Assembly (NCBI GenBank): GCA_963719315.1 | Contig: CAVRBU010000017.1 | Location: 96,001-160,000, forward strand | Reading direction: 5' to 3' | Origin: an uncultured Planctomycetota bacterium | Lineage (GTDB): Bacteria > Planctomycetota > Planctomycetia > Pirellulales > Lacipirellulaceae | Length of the DNA stretch: 64,000 nucleotides | In this document: in pieces, positions 41,268-52,294 of the stretch | How positions within the stretch are numbered: position 1 is the stretch's first letter | Layout of the letters: each line of letters opens with the position of its first letter | Position numbers and translations under genes: made by a program | The notes under the pieces: generated by a model | What the model saw: only the letters and a program-made list of their open reading frames with translations | Databases searched by the model: none | Told to the model about the DNA's origin: nothing

Positions 41268-41354
41268 CGCCGTTCTTCCTTCCGAATACTGCTGCGGCGC
41301 TTCCAGTCCTTCTTCATGAACTGGTATTGAGTACTCTGGCCATGCTGAATGGAT

Positions 41355-41447
41355 GGTGGTGTCCTAATTTGCGGTACAACAAACTTGTAGCACGGACTTC
41401 AGTCCGTGATTCTCGTACGGACTGAAGTCCGTGCTACAAAGTTCCGG
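41355..41447 (+). mobile_element. MITE family B, copy 3, right end missing
   Basis: Left TIR and REP doublet intact; sequence switches to family A after gttccgg. Confidence 0.85.
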
Positions 41448-41536
41448 CATGCTCTCCCGTCGCGGCGGGTGGGCATGTCTCGGGCCGAATCATGCCTACA
41501 CCGCAGCGCGCCGAAGGCATGCCACTCATAATTTCA
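41446..41536 (+). repeat. Family A repeat, copy 3, left end missing
   Basis: ggcatgctctc...catgcctacaccgc...gaaggcatgccactcataatttca. Confidence 0.78.
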
Positions 41537-41647
41537 CTCGTGGAAGACCACGAAATAAGATATCGGAAGTTTGCTTCATTAGCGAGGTGGCTGCGCGACC
41601 GGCTACATTTATCATTCGCGGCTCGGATGGGCCGGCCTGCCTGCCGA

Positions 41648-43437
41648 TTATCGCCGCCGTCGTGGGCGGTAGGCGGCCAGTGCCATGAAAAGAAGGGCGG
41701 CGGTACTGGGTTCGGGGACTGCGGACGCCTCGAACACTTGTGCTCCGAACGCCAGATCTTGTGCGGAGTAGATGAGTTTTTGCAACGAGAAGTCGAAATT
41801 GGTGAAGGCGTCGTCGGTCTGGTTTTTCTTGGGATCGATCATGACCCAGACGGTGTCGCCGACATTCAGTGCGCCGAGGTTGCGGTCGAAGCTGGTTAGC
41901 AGGCCGTTCGTCAATACGTTTTGACCGGCGCCGATCAGCGTGTCATTCACGTAAACCAACACTTGTAATCCATCATCCTTGGGTGCGAGCGCGCTGTTCG
42001 CCAACTGGATCGAGGTATCGGTGAGGCGATAGAAGCCGGCGCCGTCTTGCAGTTGGATGGTATAACCGGCCATCGGCAGATATTTGGGTTGACCGGGGTG
42101 GCCACGTTCGGCGGTGAGAGACAAGTAATCGTCGGCGTGTCCTTTAGGATTGGGAATCGTGGTTGCTCCGCCGGTGGTGTTGTAGGCTTGGGCCGACTCG
42201 CTCCACAACAGCGGCACATACGCAGACGAATTCCCGAGTTTGCCCTTGGGATCCCAGGCGTACTTCCATCCGGTAGACGGCGATCCGGTTTGAAAATCGG
42301 CTTGGTAGCCACTGATCGGAACCCAGTCGGCCGTGTAGCCTGGCGAGCTGGCGGGTGAGCCGGCCGGGCCATCGACGGTGATCTGGCGGCGGAGTAACTG
42401 AGCATCTTTCCAGCGCCCCCAGGCCCCTTTCTTGCTGTCGGTGTAGTAGACGTAGAACGACTGGCCGGAGTGCGTGGGATCGGGTCCGGTGCCGAGAATG
42501 GATGGATAAAACTGTTCGCCGGGATCGACAGCCACCGGCTGGCGCGGCGCCCAGTTGACGCCGTCGGACGACGTTGTCATGGCTAGGTCGACGCCATTGG
42601 CCGACCCTTGCGAACTGACCATCACGAGTTGACCTAGATAGTCGTTGTTTGAAACCGACAACCAAGAATTGCCCGGATTGAGGTTTTCGAGATACGACGA
42701 TTTCCCTCCCAGGCCAGACTCCGTCCAGCCGCCGTTGTAGTACTTGGTGAAGGAAGTTCCTTGGCCGACGAGCGCGTTGCTCAACAAATCAATAATCGGC
42801 GCCGCGCGACGGCAACCTGGTTGATCGAGCCATCCGCCATCCAATCGGTGTAGTACACATTGAAATAGCCATTGACGACGGCGAACGAACCGCCGCCGAC
42901 TTCGGCCAAGCCCGTCGGCAAGTTCGGCTGGATGATGACTCCCAGGTCGCGGAACGTTCGCCCGTCCGGATCGGTCGAAATCGCCATCCCCAAGACGCTG
43001 TGGAATTTTTTGTGTTTGCCCCCTTCTTCCGCGTGATAGATCATTAGCCGCGCGCCGCTGTAGGGATCCTCGAAAACAGGCCCGCCGGACAGATAGCTGA
43101 AAGCTTTCTTCGGTACGCCCGTAATCGAGACCTTTGATTTCGAACCGCCCGGATTGGTCAACGTGCCCGTCGTCATCACTGGCTTCGAGCCGTTGGCACC
43201 GTAGAAGTCGTACGTGCCGTCGCCGTTGGCGACGGCGCCGAGACTGCCATCGGGCCAGGTCGAGCCGCCGGCTGATTTTCGTTGTGATTTCGTGAACACG
43301 ATTTCCGGCGAGCCGATCGTGAAATCGACGGCGCGGGCGGCACCGAGGTCGGCGAAAACGGTCGCCAGCAGGACCGCGAATTTGGTACACCCAAATGCGA
43401 TAGCACGAATCTGTGGGGTGGGATGAAAAGACGTCAT
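41648..43437 (-). CDS. PEP-CTERM exosortase substrate with a putative propeller/glycoside-hydrolase-like N-domain, frameshift at ~42800
   Basis: Signal peptide; STDPDGRTF and SSDGVNW Asp-box-like motifs; C-terminal VPEPSTAALLFMALAAYRPRRRR. Confidence 0.85.
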
Positions 43438-43681
43438 TGGCGAAGTTCTCAGACTCTGAGTAGAAGAGAGGAGCTTGACGAGGTGTAGCGCCAGCGACAT
43501 CGCAGGCCTTGCTCGAAGAAGCGTCAGGAGCCTATTCCCAGCCTAATTGGGGAATGGCGAGAATGGCCGATTGCTGCCGAATAGCAACGTGGCGGGTCGC
43601 TGATCGTGTCGGTGAAATCGGCTTTGAGGAATTTGCGGGGAGAATCCGCAGAAAAGCTCGAGCCGGACAAGCGTCGCAGCG

Positions 43682-44839
43682 CTAGGCGGCTCGTTTTTTG
43701 GCGGCTGTCCTGTCCGCCGCCGCGGCCAGAATTCGATCGGCGAATTCTTCGGCGGGTCGCAGGCTGTGGTGCTCGCGAATCGCGCGGGCGGCGCGTTGGC
43801 CCATCGTGCGCCATTCGTCACGCCGGTTCCAGGCGCGCTCAAGAACTTCATCCAGCAGTTCGGCCGTCGCGGCGGGAGCGATGAAGCCGCTTTCGTTGTC
43901 GTCGATCAACTCGCCCGCCCGGCCCACGCGCGTCGTGATCGGCACGCGGCCGCACATCATGGCTTCGATAAGCGATAGCGCATTTCCTTCGGCCCGCGAT
44001 GGCAACAGCAAACCATGGTGTTCGGACCACAATTGCTCGATGTTGCTGGAAACGCCGCCATAGCTAATCTGCCGGTGCAAGCCGTAAACATCAATGGCCC
44101 GTTGGAGTTGCTTCAAATTTCCGTTGTCGTTTCCCCATAATGTGATGTGGAGTGGACGAACGCGCCACTTCGGCATCCGCAGGACGCGCACGATGAGGTC
44201 CTGGCTCTTGGTGATGTAATGGATGCGGGCAACGCACGCCAACTTCCAAAGACGCGCAGTGGCCGGCCACGCGGGCGCTGCGTCCACGCGAACCGTGAAT
44301 GGATTATCCACGATCTCGGCGTGCCGCAATTCGGACGCCAGATTGGACTCGATCGTTTCGCGGTTGTCGTTGGAAACGAAGAAACAGCGGTTGGCATGTG
44401 CATACGCGGAACGGTAGTCGTCCAGTGCTCGCGGATCCATCCAATTGTGCGGCCCGGCCGCTTGGAGGACGATCGCATAAGGGATGCCCAATTCGCGGCA
44501 GGTGTTCGTGATTTGCGGATCGTCGGTGTGGCTGGAAAAGGAAATCACCACGAAATCGGGCCGGCACTTGCGGAGCCACGGCATGTATTTGAGCCGCGAA
44601 AGCCGCATTTTTTGCAGTGCTTCGCGAAGCGAGCGGCCCATGCGTCGCCGCGAGCGGAACTGGGCCTGGGCGCCCTGAGCGATCAGACTCTGAAGCGGTT
44701 CAGCGGGCTCCGGCCAGCTCACGCTGTTAAACGCCACCTCATGACCGCGCCTCAAAAGCGCCTCCGCCGCTCGGCACCAGAGTTCTTCGCTACCGCCCCA
44801 CGGCATGCCGGCCATCGTTGAGAAAAAAGCTATCCGCAT
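43682..44839 (-). CDS. Glycosyltransferase family 4
   Basis: WGGSEELW, LLPSRAEGNALSLIEAMMCG. Confidence 0.92.
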   Translation of the reverse strand: MRIAFFSTMAGMPWGGSEELWCRAAEALLRRGHEVAFNSVSWPEPAEPLQSLIAQGAQAQFRSRRRMGRSLREALQKMRLSRLKYMPWLRKCRPDFVVISFSSHTDDPQITNTCRELGIPYAIVLQAAGPHNWMDPRALDDYRSAYAHANRCFFVSNDNRETIESNLASELRHAEIVDNPFTVRVDAAPAWPATARLWKLACVARIHYITKSQDLIVRVLRMPKWRVRPLHITLWGNDNGNLKQLQRAIDVYGLHRQISYGGVSSNIEQLWSEHHGLLLPSRAEGNALSLIEAMMCGRVPITTRVGRAGELIDDNESGFIAPAATAELLDEVLERAWNRRDEWRTMGQRAARAIREHHSLRPAEEFADRILAAAADRTAAKKRAA

Positions 44840-44870
44840 TGTGCGCTCGGCAGAGAAATACGCTCTGGCA

Positions 44871-45761
44871 TCACGCCGCATGCTGCACTTGACGCAGTGC
44901 GCGAAGTCCAGCGCCTCTTGCTTCTGTTTGCGAAATGCCGCGTGCCTCTACCGGGAGTTTCGCGAGACCATCGGCGCAGCGGATGGGGCGTTCCACATGC
45001 AGGCGTCCAACATTCGGGCCGTCGGTCCATTTCGCCGGTCGTGAAGGCGTCGTCGGATGCCACATGTGATAGGCGTGCGTGTAGCCCAACGCGGAAGCAA
45101 TTCGCTTGCCGGCCCTTCGCAACCGAAAGGCCAAGTCATCATCCTCGCAGCCCCAGCCGACAAAACTTTCGTCGAAGCCGTTGACGTCGGCGAGGTCGGC
45201 ACGCGAAATGCCGATGTTGTAACCGGCCAGCTTCGGCTTCGTCGGATGTCGAATCAGATGATAATAGTGGTCTTTGATTCTCCTTTGGAAGAGTCGCCGC
45301 CACTCTTCGCGCGACACCCAGGCGCGATAGCCGCCGGAATCAATTACCTCGGCATCGATACGATCGGTTGTTTCTTCATCGAAGCGAAAGCACTCGCCGG
45401 CCCGCACGATACCCGGCCTGCTGGCCTGCAGATGCTTCTGCAAATGGTCGACCGGGAATAGGCAGTCGCTATCGGTAAATAGATAGTAGGGCGCACTGCT
45501 GGCGCGCACGCCGTCGTTACGGCACAGCGATACGCGAAAACCTCGATGCGCGTGTGTGATCCACTGAACCGGAAAATCGGCCGTGCGCACGAATTTGCGG
45601 ACAATCTCGTGAGAATGGTCCTGAGAACCGTCATCGGCAACGATGACTTCGAACTTCCCGTCGATGCCACGTTGAAGTGCAAGCGAACGAAGGCAACGCT
45701 CCAGATGCGCGGGCCGCTGGTACGTCGTTAGGATCACCGACAATTCGAGCTGTGCTGGCAT
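44871..45761 (-). CDS. Glycosyltransferase family 2
   Basis: SVILTTYQRP, VADDGS, FTDSDC, NGFDESFVGWGCEDDDL. Confidence 0.92.
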   Translation of the reverse strand: MPAQLELSVILTTYQRPAHLERCLRSLALQRGIDGKFEVIVADDGSQDHSHEIVRKFVRTADFPVQWITHAHRGFRVSLCRNDGVRASSAPYYLFTDSDCLFPVDHLQKHLQASRPGIVRAGECFRFDEETTDRIDAEVIDSGGYRAWVSREEWRRLFQRRIKDHYYHLIRHPTKPKLAGYNIGISRADLADVNGFDESFVGWGCEDDDLAFRLRRAGKRIASALGYTHAYHMWHPTTPSRPAKWTDGPNVGRLHVERPIRCADGLAKLPVEARGISQTEARGAGLRALRQVQHAA

Positions 45762-45891
45762 GATTCCATTCGCTGGCATGTTTGGCCCGAAGAGTGTAGC
45801 GGAAAGCGGGGCGGGCGGACAATACGAGACTGACGCGGAGAACACCCCGAAATGGGGGCGATCTTGGTCGAATGGGCCGCGAAGTCGCCCG

Positions 45892-46935
45892 TCATGCCGC
45901 GCGACGTTTGCCGCGAATGAACTGCTTGGCGGTGCGGACCTGCGACTTCCATTTCTTGCTCAGCGGCCGATAGTGGAAGTCCCACCACTGCTGCAAGAAG
46001 TTTTCGGGCCGCTCCGGCCGCCAGTCTTTCCAATCGGTGTGGTCGAGGCAGCCAAAAAAGTCGCGGGCAAACGGATGCCGGCAGAAGTATTGCCACGGCT
46101 TCGAGGGCGAGCAGTAGTGCACAATCCAAGGTGAGTTCCGCAGTCGCGCAAAAGTCTCGCGATCGAGCGGGCTTTTGCGCCAGTTGGGGTACGCGAATAC
46201 GTGTGCATTTTGATTCCACCGGCAGTCCACGGCGCCCCACTTACGGGCCAGCACGACGTTCAACGCATATTGATCCCACCACAAAATGTGTTTGCGGTGC
46301 GCGCAGGCAATCGAGCATTTGCTCGGCATACTGCTCCCGCCGCCATTTCTCGATGTTCGCGACGAGCAGGCCACCATTGAAATAGGGCGCATCCGGCGGC
46401 AAACCCAGTTCGCGGTAGTTCACGATCGGCGTAAAGGCGCACAAATACTCGCGACAATCGGCAAATCGCGGTAGCGACGCGGCAGCATCCATGTAAGGAG
46501 CAGCAACGTCCTGCACCGCCAGCACGGCGTGCGGGCCTTGATCCTCATCCCATAAATTACCGAGGTCCCGTCGCACGAGCATGTCGGCATCGATGTAAAT
46601 CGCTCGCGTCACGTGCTCTGGCAGCACCTTGGCCATCAGCAGACGAAGATAGGTCACGACATTAACCTGGTAGCTGATAAACAGGTCACGGACCTGCTCC
46701 ATATCGGGACGAATCCACTCGACGGCGAGGCGAGGATCGCGCCACGACTTTAGCAGACGATCCTTGCTCACGTCGCTCAAGCCGCCGTCGAGAACGTACA
46801 GCCGCATACGGCGGTCGGGCGTAAGTGGTCGAGAGCGGACCGGATTGTCACCGCCAGCGGCATCGCATAGCCGTCGTCAGTCGCACTGACGACGACGATG
46901 TCGCGCTCCGTCTCGGTGGTCGAATGTGATTTCAT
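45892..46935 (-). CDS. Glycosyltransferase family 8, frameshifts at ~46830 and ~46290
   Basis: DDGYAMPLAVTIRS, TYLRLL, IYIDAD, YFNGGLLVAN, DQYALN, IVHY...KPW spread over three frames. Confidence 0.88.
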
Positions 46936-46962
46936 GGACGGCGCTGCTGAAGTCGTCGTGTC

Positions 46963-47991
46963 TCATGCCGCGGCCTTGGTCGACTGGGAACTAAGCACCG
47001 GGGCGGTAGTCTCCGATGTCTCCATCGCCAACGTGCGTGGCCGGCGAAATGCGTTGGAGATGCTCAGCTTGAACGCCTTCCACAGATATTCAACGTGTTT
47101 CCGCCGCAGCAACCACGCCCGCCACAGCATTTTCGGAGCGCGAGAGCGGTCTGCGGATGGATCGACCAGCGGATTGGTTTTTTCGTGAAACTCGGCTGCT
47201 CTCAGGTACGCTAAAGACAAATATTTCCGGCACATTTTCTCGCGGGCGCCCGGCAACTGCAGAAACCCCGCGGCGACTTGCACGTGGGCCTCTTGCACGG
47301 CGCACATCTTGCCCGTCGCTGCCTCGGCATGGTTCCTGCGGTACAGACAGTGCACGCCACCGACGTAGTGAAACGTCTTGCCCGCCGCAGCGCACCGCAA
47401 CCAGTATTCAAGGTCCTCGCAATAGCGGTATTCCGTGTTCCACGGTCCGACTTCCGCGAGCACTGTGCGTCGCATGACTGTGGCCGAGGGCGTAACAAAG
47501 TTGCGCAGCAGCAAGCCCTCGGGAAACTCCTTGATGTCGCGTGACTCGGGCCCCCAAACGCCAATCAACAAGTCCGACTTGTCCTCGATCATGACAACGG
47601 AACAGTACACGATTTCCTTGCCGGAAGTTTCAATAACCTCGCGCATCACGGCCAGATAGTCGGGGAACCAGCGGTCGTCTGAATCCAGGAGCGCCACATA
47701 CTGGCCGCGAACTTGCTTGAACGCCGCGTTGCGCGTGTGCGAAGGGCCAAAGTTTTGCTCGCTGCGACTGTACGTCACACGATGCCCCCGATGACGGGCG
47801 GCAAAATCGCGCACGATACCTTCGGTCGGGCCGCAAGAACCGTCCTCGACCACAATGACTTCCCAGTTTTTGTCGGTTTGGGCACTAATTGACTCAAGCG
47901 CTGCCCCGATGAATCGCTCGCCGCGATACGTCGGTACCACGACTGACACGAGCCCCGGTTGCTCTTCGTGCTCGAATGCAATGTCGTTCAT
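46963..47991 (-). CDS. Glycosyltransferase family 2
   Basis: VSVVVPTY, VIVVEDGS, ALLDSDDRW, EDLEYWLR. Confidence 0.92.
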   Translation of the reverse strand: MNDIAFEHEEQPGLVSVVVPTYRGERFIGAALESISAQTDKNWEVIVVEDGSCGPTEGIVRDFAARHRGHRVTYSRSEQNFGPSHTRNAAFKQVRGQYVALLDSDDRWFPDYLAVMREVIETSGKEIVYCSVVMIEDKSDLLIGVWGPESRDIKEFPEGLLLRNFVTPSATVMRRTVLAEVGPWNTEYRYCEDLEYWLRCAAAGKTFHYVGGVHCLYRRNHAEAATGKMCAVQEAHVQVAAGFLQLPGAREKMCRKYLSLAYLRAAEFHEKTNPLVDPSADRSRAPKMLWRAWLLRRKHVEYLWKAFKLSISNAFRRPRTLAMETSETTAPVLSSQSTKAAA

Positions 47992-48046
47992 TTCCGTCGT
48001 CGTAACAGTTTTCGAATTCGCGGCAAGCTTCACCAGATCGCTTCGA

Positions 48047-48763
48047 TTAGAGTAACCACACCGAGGCGCACTGCTCGCGCGGCCCGCCAAACTCATCGAC
48101 GGCCTGTTTCACGCCCGGAAATTCGTCGCTGTAGTCGTGCCCTGCGATGATCTTGGCGCCCGCCTGCTTCGCCCATTCGATGTCCTTCTTCGTTTCTTCG
48201 TAATCGTGTACCGCATCGAGAAAGACCATCGTGGGCGCCGGGCCGCGGTAGCCGCTGAAAAACTCGTTCTTGTCCATGCGAATTTGTTCGACCTGGCCGG
48301 TCGAGATCAGGTATTGCAGTACCTGTTTCGCAAGGGCCGCGTGAACGTCCGGCGGCAAGCCCCACGGGTTCCAGCAATAGTTGTCGACGGTGATGATCTT
48401 TTGCTGCGGCGACTTGGCAAGCGCTATGTTGGTTGTGGTCACGCCGAGCAACGTTCCGACTTCAATAATCGGCCCCGGGTATTGTGACGACTCACGCACC
48501 AATCGCTGAATGAAGGCAATCGCCTCCGGTTCAACGGTCGCCTGCTGCGGATGAAACCCGGCGACGCCCGCGCCGCTGCCGGTAAGATATACTTCCGCCG
48601 CCGGTTGCTGCTTGGCTTCGACAGTCGCCGCGGCCTTTTGAGAATCCTTTGCGGTCTGCGACATCCGCCGAATCGGCCGCGACACCTCCCGCCACAATTT
48701 GCGAGCAGCGCGAGCGGCTAAAGTCTCCGTGCTCGAATCGGGTCCGATCGTCGAAGTGGCCAT
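48047..48763 (-). CDS. Class I SAM-dependent methyltransferase (Methyltransf_24-like)
   Basis: IIEVGTLLG, VFLDAVHDYE, IAGHDY. Confidence 0.85.
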   Translation of the reverse strand: MATSTIGPDSSTETLAARAARKLWREVSRPIRRMSQTAKDSQKAAATVEAKQQPAAEVYLTGSGAGVAGFHPQQATVEPEAIAFIQRLVRESSQYPGPIIEVGTLLGVTTTNIALAKSPQQKIITVDNYCWNPWGLPPDVHAALAKQVLQYLISTGQVEQIRMDKNEFFSGYRGPAPTMVFLDAVHDYEETKKDIEWAKQAGAKIIAGHDYSDEFPGVKQAVDEFGGPREQCASVWLL

Positions 48764-48801
48764 GTTTATGTCTCACGGTTGAAACCGCGATTCGCCGGCG
48801 C

Positions 48802-49710
48802 TCATGAACAAATTTGAATCCAAAACGACGCGCCAAAGAACAAGTTATCGACCCCCACTTCCGGCCCAAACGATTGCTGCATGTCCGCCGTATGAAACCG
48901 CGTCATGTATTGCGTAGCGAACAGTGTGTGATACCGCGCGGTATTGCCAAGCAGCGCTTGCAGCACGTATTGCTCGGTCCAACAAAGGTGGTCATAGCAA
49001 GTCGGATAATCGAACGGCAGAAATATATCGTGAATGTGCACGACCGTGCCGGCAGCGAGTCGCGGCAGCACTTCGCAATACAAATACGGAACATCGCCGC
49101 GCGGTCGCGTGATATGGCTCGAATCAATGAATAGCAGGCTTCGATCCGTTAGTGCAAACTGATCCAACTTTGTATCTTCCACGCGCTCGTAGATCACGCG
49201 ACTGGCCGCCTCCGCAACGTCGGTCCGCGGCGCCGGATCGATGACCGTTAGCGAGGCGTCGAGCTGCGCATAATCGAGCGCTCGTCGTGCGATGAGAGTG
49301 CTGAATCCTGACCCAACCTCGACGATCTTGTCGGGTCGAAAATCGTAAATCATCGACGCATAGATTTCCGCATCGGGCGTGGGATACCAACCGTTATGGA
49401 GGCAAGCAGTTCCCAAATAGCTTTTTCCATTGAATGGGCGGTTGATGATCGCGTCGTTACGCAACTGCTGGTAAAGCTGCTGATACGTCGGGCCGCGCCA
49501 CTTCTTCAGCCGCGCGCGTTGCTCCTCGTCATTGTCATTCAGCTTCAGGCCCTGCGTGTCGATCCGCCGCGAGGGGACGTAGTGATCGTAAATGTCCGAA
49601 GCGCGCGGCAAAACATTGTGCCGCAAATAGCCCAGAAGATTGGCGTCCTCCGTCGACATGGCGGGCGAATCGTTGCGAGGGCGATCGCGGCGTTTGCGTA
49701 AGAGGCGCAT
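48802..49710 (-). CDS. Class I SAM-dependent methyltransferase (Methyltransf_24-like)
   Basis: IVEVGSGFST, LFIDSSH, VHIHDIFLPFDYP, WTEQY. Confidence 0.88.
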   Translation of the reverse strand: MRLLRKRRDRPRNDSPAMSTEDANLLGYLRHNVLPRASDIYDHYVPSRRIDTQGLKLNDNDEEQRARLKKWRGPTYQQLYQQLRNDAIINRPFNGKSYLGTACLHNGWYPTPDAEIYASMIYDFRPDKIVEVGSGFSTLIARRALDYAQLDASLTVIDPAPRTDVAEAASRVIYERVEDTKLDQFALTDRSLLFIDSSHITRPRGDVPYLYCEVLPRLAAGTVVHIHDIFLPFDYPTCYDHLCWTEQYVLQALLGNTARYHTLFATQYMTRFHTADMQQSFGPEVGVDNLFFGASFWIQICS

Positions 49711-49979
49711 AACGTTTCTTCGATGGGTCGCGGAACGTCGCCGGTCGCAGCCAGCAACGCTATCGGTTGGCGCCTCCGGGCGTCAGGACGCAAAAGGGGG
49801 GAAAGGAAGATAGTTATTCGCCCCTCGGCCGGTCAAGTTCGATTGCACTCCCGCTCGTCGGATTTCTCGCTCCCCGAAGCTGGCATGCTGCTATCAGTAT
49901 TGACCCACATGCTGTCGTATCTATAGGTTGCCCTGGCTCGCCACCCTTTTATGAGCGGCTCGCTCACGGAGGACCGTTT

Positions 49980-51131
49980 GTGACCAGCAGCCCCAAGCTT
50001 TTCTCCCAGCCGCTTCACGTAGGCTGCCCGAACCTGGGTGATCGCGAGCGACTGCTGGCGCGATTCAGCGACATCGTGAATCGCCGTTGGCTCACAAACG
50101 ATGGCCCCTACCTCCGGCAGTTCGAGCAGCAAGTGGCCGAGTATCTCGACGTTAAGCATTGCATTGCAGTCTGCAACGCTACGGTTGGACTTCAACTTGG
50201 GACGAGTGCCCTCGGCCTGCAGGGCGAAGTGATCATGCCCTCATTCACGTTTCCGGCAACCGTCCATGCGCTCGCCTGGCAGGGCATCCAACCCGTGTTT
50301 TGCGACATCGATCCGAGCACTCACAACATCGATCCGGCCGCCGTGGAGCATTTGATTGGACCACGCACGACAGGCATTTTGGGCGTACACCTGTGGGGAA
50401 ATCCGTGCGCGATCGAAGCTCTAACGGATGTAGCCGACCGCCACCGGCTAACATTGTTCTTTGACGCGGCCCATGCCTTCGGCTGCTCGCATGGTGAGCG
50501 GATGATCGGCAACTTCGGCAGCGCTGAAGTTTTCAGTTTTCACGCCACGAAGTTCCTCAACACCGGCGAAGGGGGCGCGATCACCACGAACGACGACGAT
50601 TTGGCCAAAAAACTCCGCCGGTTTAGGAACTTCGGCATGGAAGGCGAGCGAGTCGCCGGCCTCGGCATCAACGGCAAGATGAACGAGCTTGCCGCCGCGA
50701 TGGGGATCACGGCTCTGGAGAGCCGAGATGAATTCATCGCACGGAATCTCGACAATCTCACCGCGTATGAAGATGCGTTGGCCGACTTGCGCGGCCTGAG
50801 GCTGTACAATCCGCCGACGAGCGAGCAACGAAATCAGCAATACGTCGTGGTCGAGGTCGACCGAAACGAAGCCCGAAAAACCCGGGACGAGATTGTGGAC
50901 GCTTTACACACCGAAAATGTGCTCGCGAAGAGATACTTTTTTCCGGGATGTCATCGAATCGAACCCTATCGATCCATGCGCAACGTCCGGCAAGCTCCGT
51001 TACCGCACACCGAACGACTATGCGACCGGCTCATGCAGCTCCCCACCGGGACGGCAGTGAGTCGCGCCGATATAGCCCGGATAGGCGATTTCCTGCAACG
51101 TTTGACCTCCCGCGCCCGCAGCGCTGCCTAG
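49980..51131 (+). CDS. DegT/DnrJ family sugar aminotransferase, DesI/VioA-like (dTDP-4-keto-6-deoxyglucose C4 transaminase)
   Basis: PLHVGCPN...WLTNDGP, DAAHAFG, SFHATK (PLP lysine); GTG start with GGAGG RBS. Confidence 0.88.
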   Translation: MTSSPKLFSQPLHVGCPNLGDRERLLARFSDIVNRRWLTNDGPYLRQFEQQVAEYLDVKHCIAVCNATVGLQLGTSALGLQGEVIMPSFTFPATVHALAWQGIQPVFCDIDPSTHNIDPAAVEHLIGPRTTGILGVHLWGNPCAIEALTDVADRHRLTLFFDAAHAFGCSHGERMIGNFGSAEVFSFHATKFLNTGEGGAITTNDDDLAKKLRRFRNFGMEGERVAGLGINGKMNELAAAMGITALESRDEFIARNLDNLTAYEDALADLRGLRLYNPPTSEQRNQQYVVVEVDRNEARKTRDEIVDALHTENVLAKRYFFPGCHRIEPYRSMRNVRQAPLPHTERLCDRLMQLPTGTAVSRADIARIGDFLQRLTSRARSAA

Positions 51132-51141
51132 GATCGCGGTT

Positions 51142-52272
51142 ATGGTTGCTCCTAAAGTCAGCGTCTGCATGGTCACGTACAACCATGAGCCATACATCGC
51201 TCAGGCGGTGGAGAGCGCTCTGGCTCAACAGACGGCGTTTCCCATTGAAATCGTCATCGGCGAAGACGGCTCGACCGATGCCACGCCAGATATACTCCGC
51301 CGCTTTGCACGGCAGCATCCCGATACGATTCGCTTGCGCTTGGCCGAGCGAAATCAGGGGGCGAAGGCCAACTTCATGGGCACCCTAGCCGACTGCCGCG
51401 GTCAATACGTGGCCATGCTGGAAGGTGACGATTATTGGACCTCTCCCAACAAATTGCAGATCCAGGTCGATGCGCTCAACGCGCACCCGGAGTGGGCGAT
51501 TTGCTTTCATCCGGCCAAATGCGAGTACGAACCGGGCATGCATGGCCACGCGATCTACCCGTCCAATTGGACGAAGCCGGTAGCAACCATCGAAGATCTC
51601 TTCGAAGCGAATATTATCGCCACGAATTCCGTCGTGTTTCGCCACCGCTTGTTTCCGGCTTTGCCGGCCTGGTTTCGCGATTTGAAGTTGGGCGATTGGC
51701 CGTTGCACATTCTCAATGCGGCCCACGGTGACATCGGCTATTTGCCGCCCGCGATGTCGGCCTACCGTATTCATCGCGGCGGAATCTGGAGCGGCGAGAC
51801 TCAGGCGGCGCGAATGGTCGCCATTTTCCAAATGTTCACCGCCATCGATCATCATTTCGCGGGGGAGTACGCTGCAGCGATCGACGGCTATCGGTTGAAT
51901 GCCCTCCGTGGAATCATGGCAGAGGTCAATGCGGTCAAGATCGGCATGGCAGGCGTCTTAAGCGAATTAAGAACAAAGTCCGCCGAAACGAATTACATCG
52001 TCAACACGAATCCGCACTCTCTTACGATTCAACATTATTGGAACCAGCTTTCGACCGAGCTCACGCAGCTTGAAAACAAGTATGAAACGCTGCTGGAAGA
52101 ACATCGCAAAGTGACTGCATTCCGCGATGCCTGGTGCAAATCGATACCGTATCGAGTCGTTCGGGAAACGATGCGGCCGTTCAAAAAGTTCTGGCGGATG
52201 ATGCGGCGTCACGAGGGCCTGCCCGCTGAGTCGCAACGGAAAGTCACTGCCTCGATGAACGAGGCGGCCTGA
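51142..52272 (+). CDS. Glycosyltransferase family 2 with a C-terminal coiled coil
   Basis: VSVCMVTYNHE, GEDGSTD, LEGDDYW. Confidence 0.92.
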   Translation: MVAPKVSVCMVTYNHEPYIAQAVESALAQQTAFPIEIVIGEDGSTDATPDILRRFARQHPDTIRLRLAERNQGAKANFMGTLADCRGQYVAMLEGDDYWTSPNKLQIQVDALNAHPEWAICFHPAKCEYEPGMHGHAIYPSNWTKPVATIEDLFEANIIATNSVVFRHRLFPALPAWFRDLKLGDWPLHILNAAHGDIGYLPPAMSAYRIHRGGIWSGETQAARMVAIFQMFTAIDHHFAGEYAAAIDGYRLNALRGIMAEVNAVKIGMAGVLSELRTKSAETNYIVNTNPHSLTIQHYWNQLSTELTQLENKYETLLEEHRKVTAFRDAWCKSIPYRVVRETMRPFKKFWRMMRRHEGLPAESQRKVTASMNEAA

Positions 52273-52294
52273 ATGTTTAGGATGTGAATTCGCG

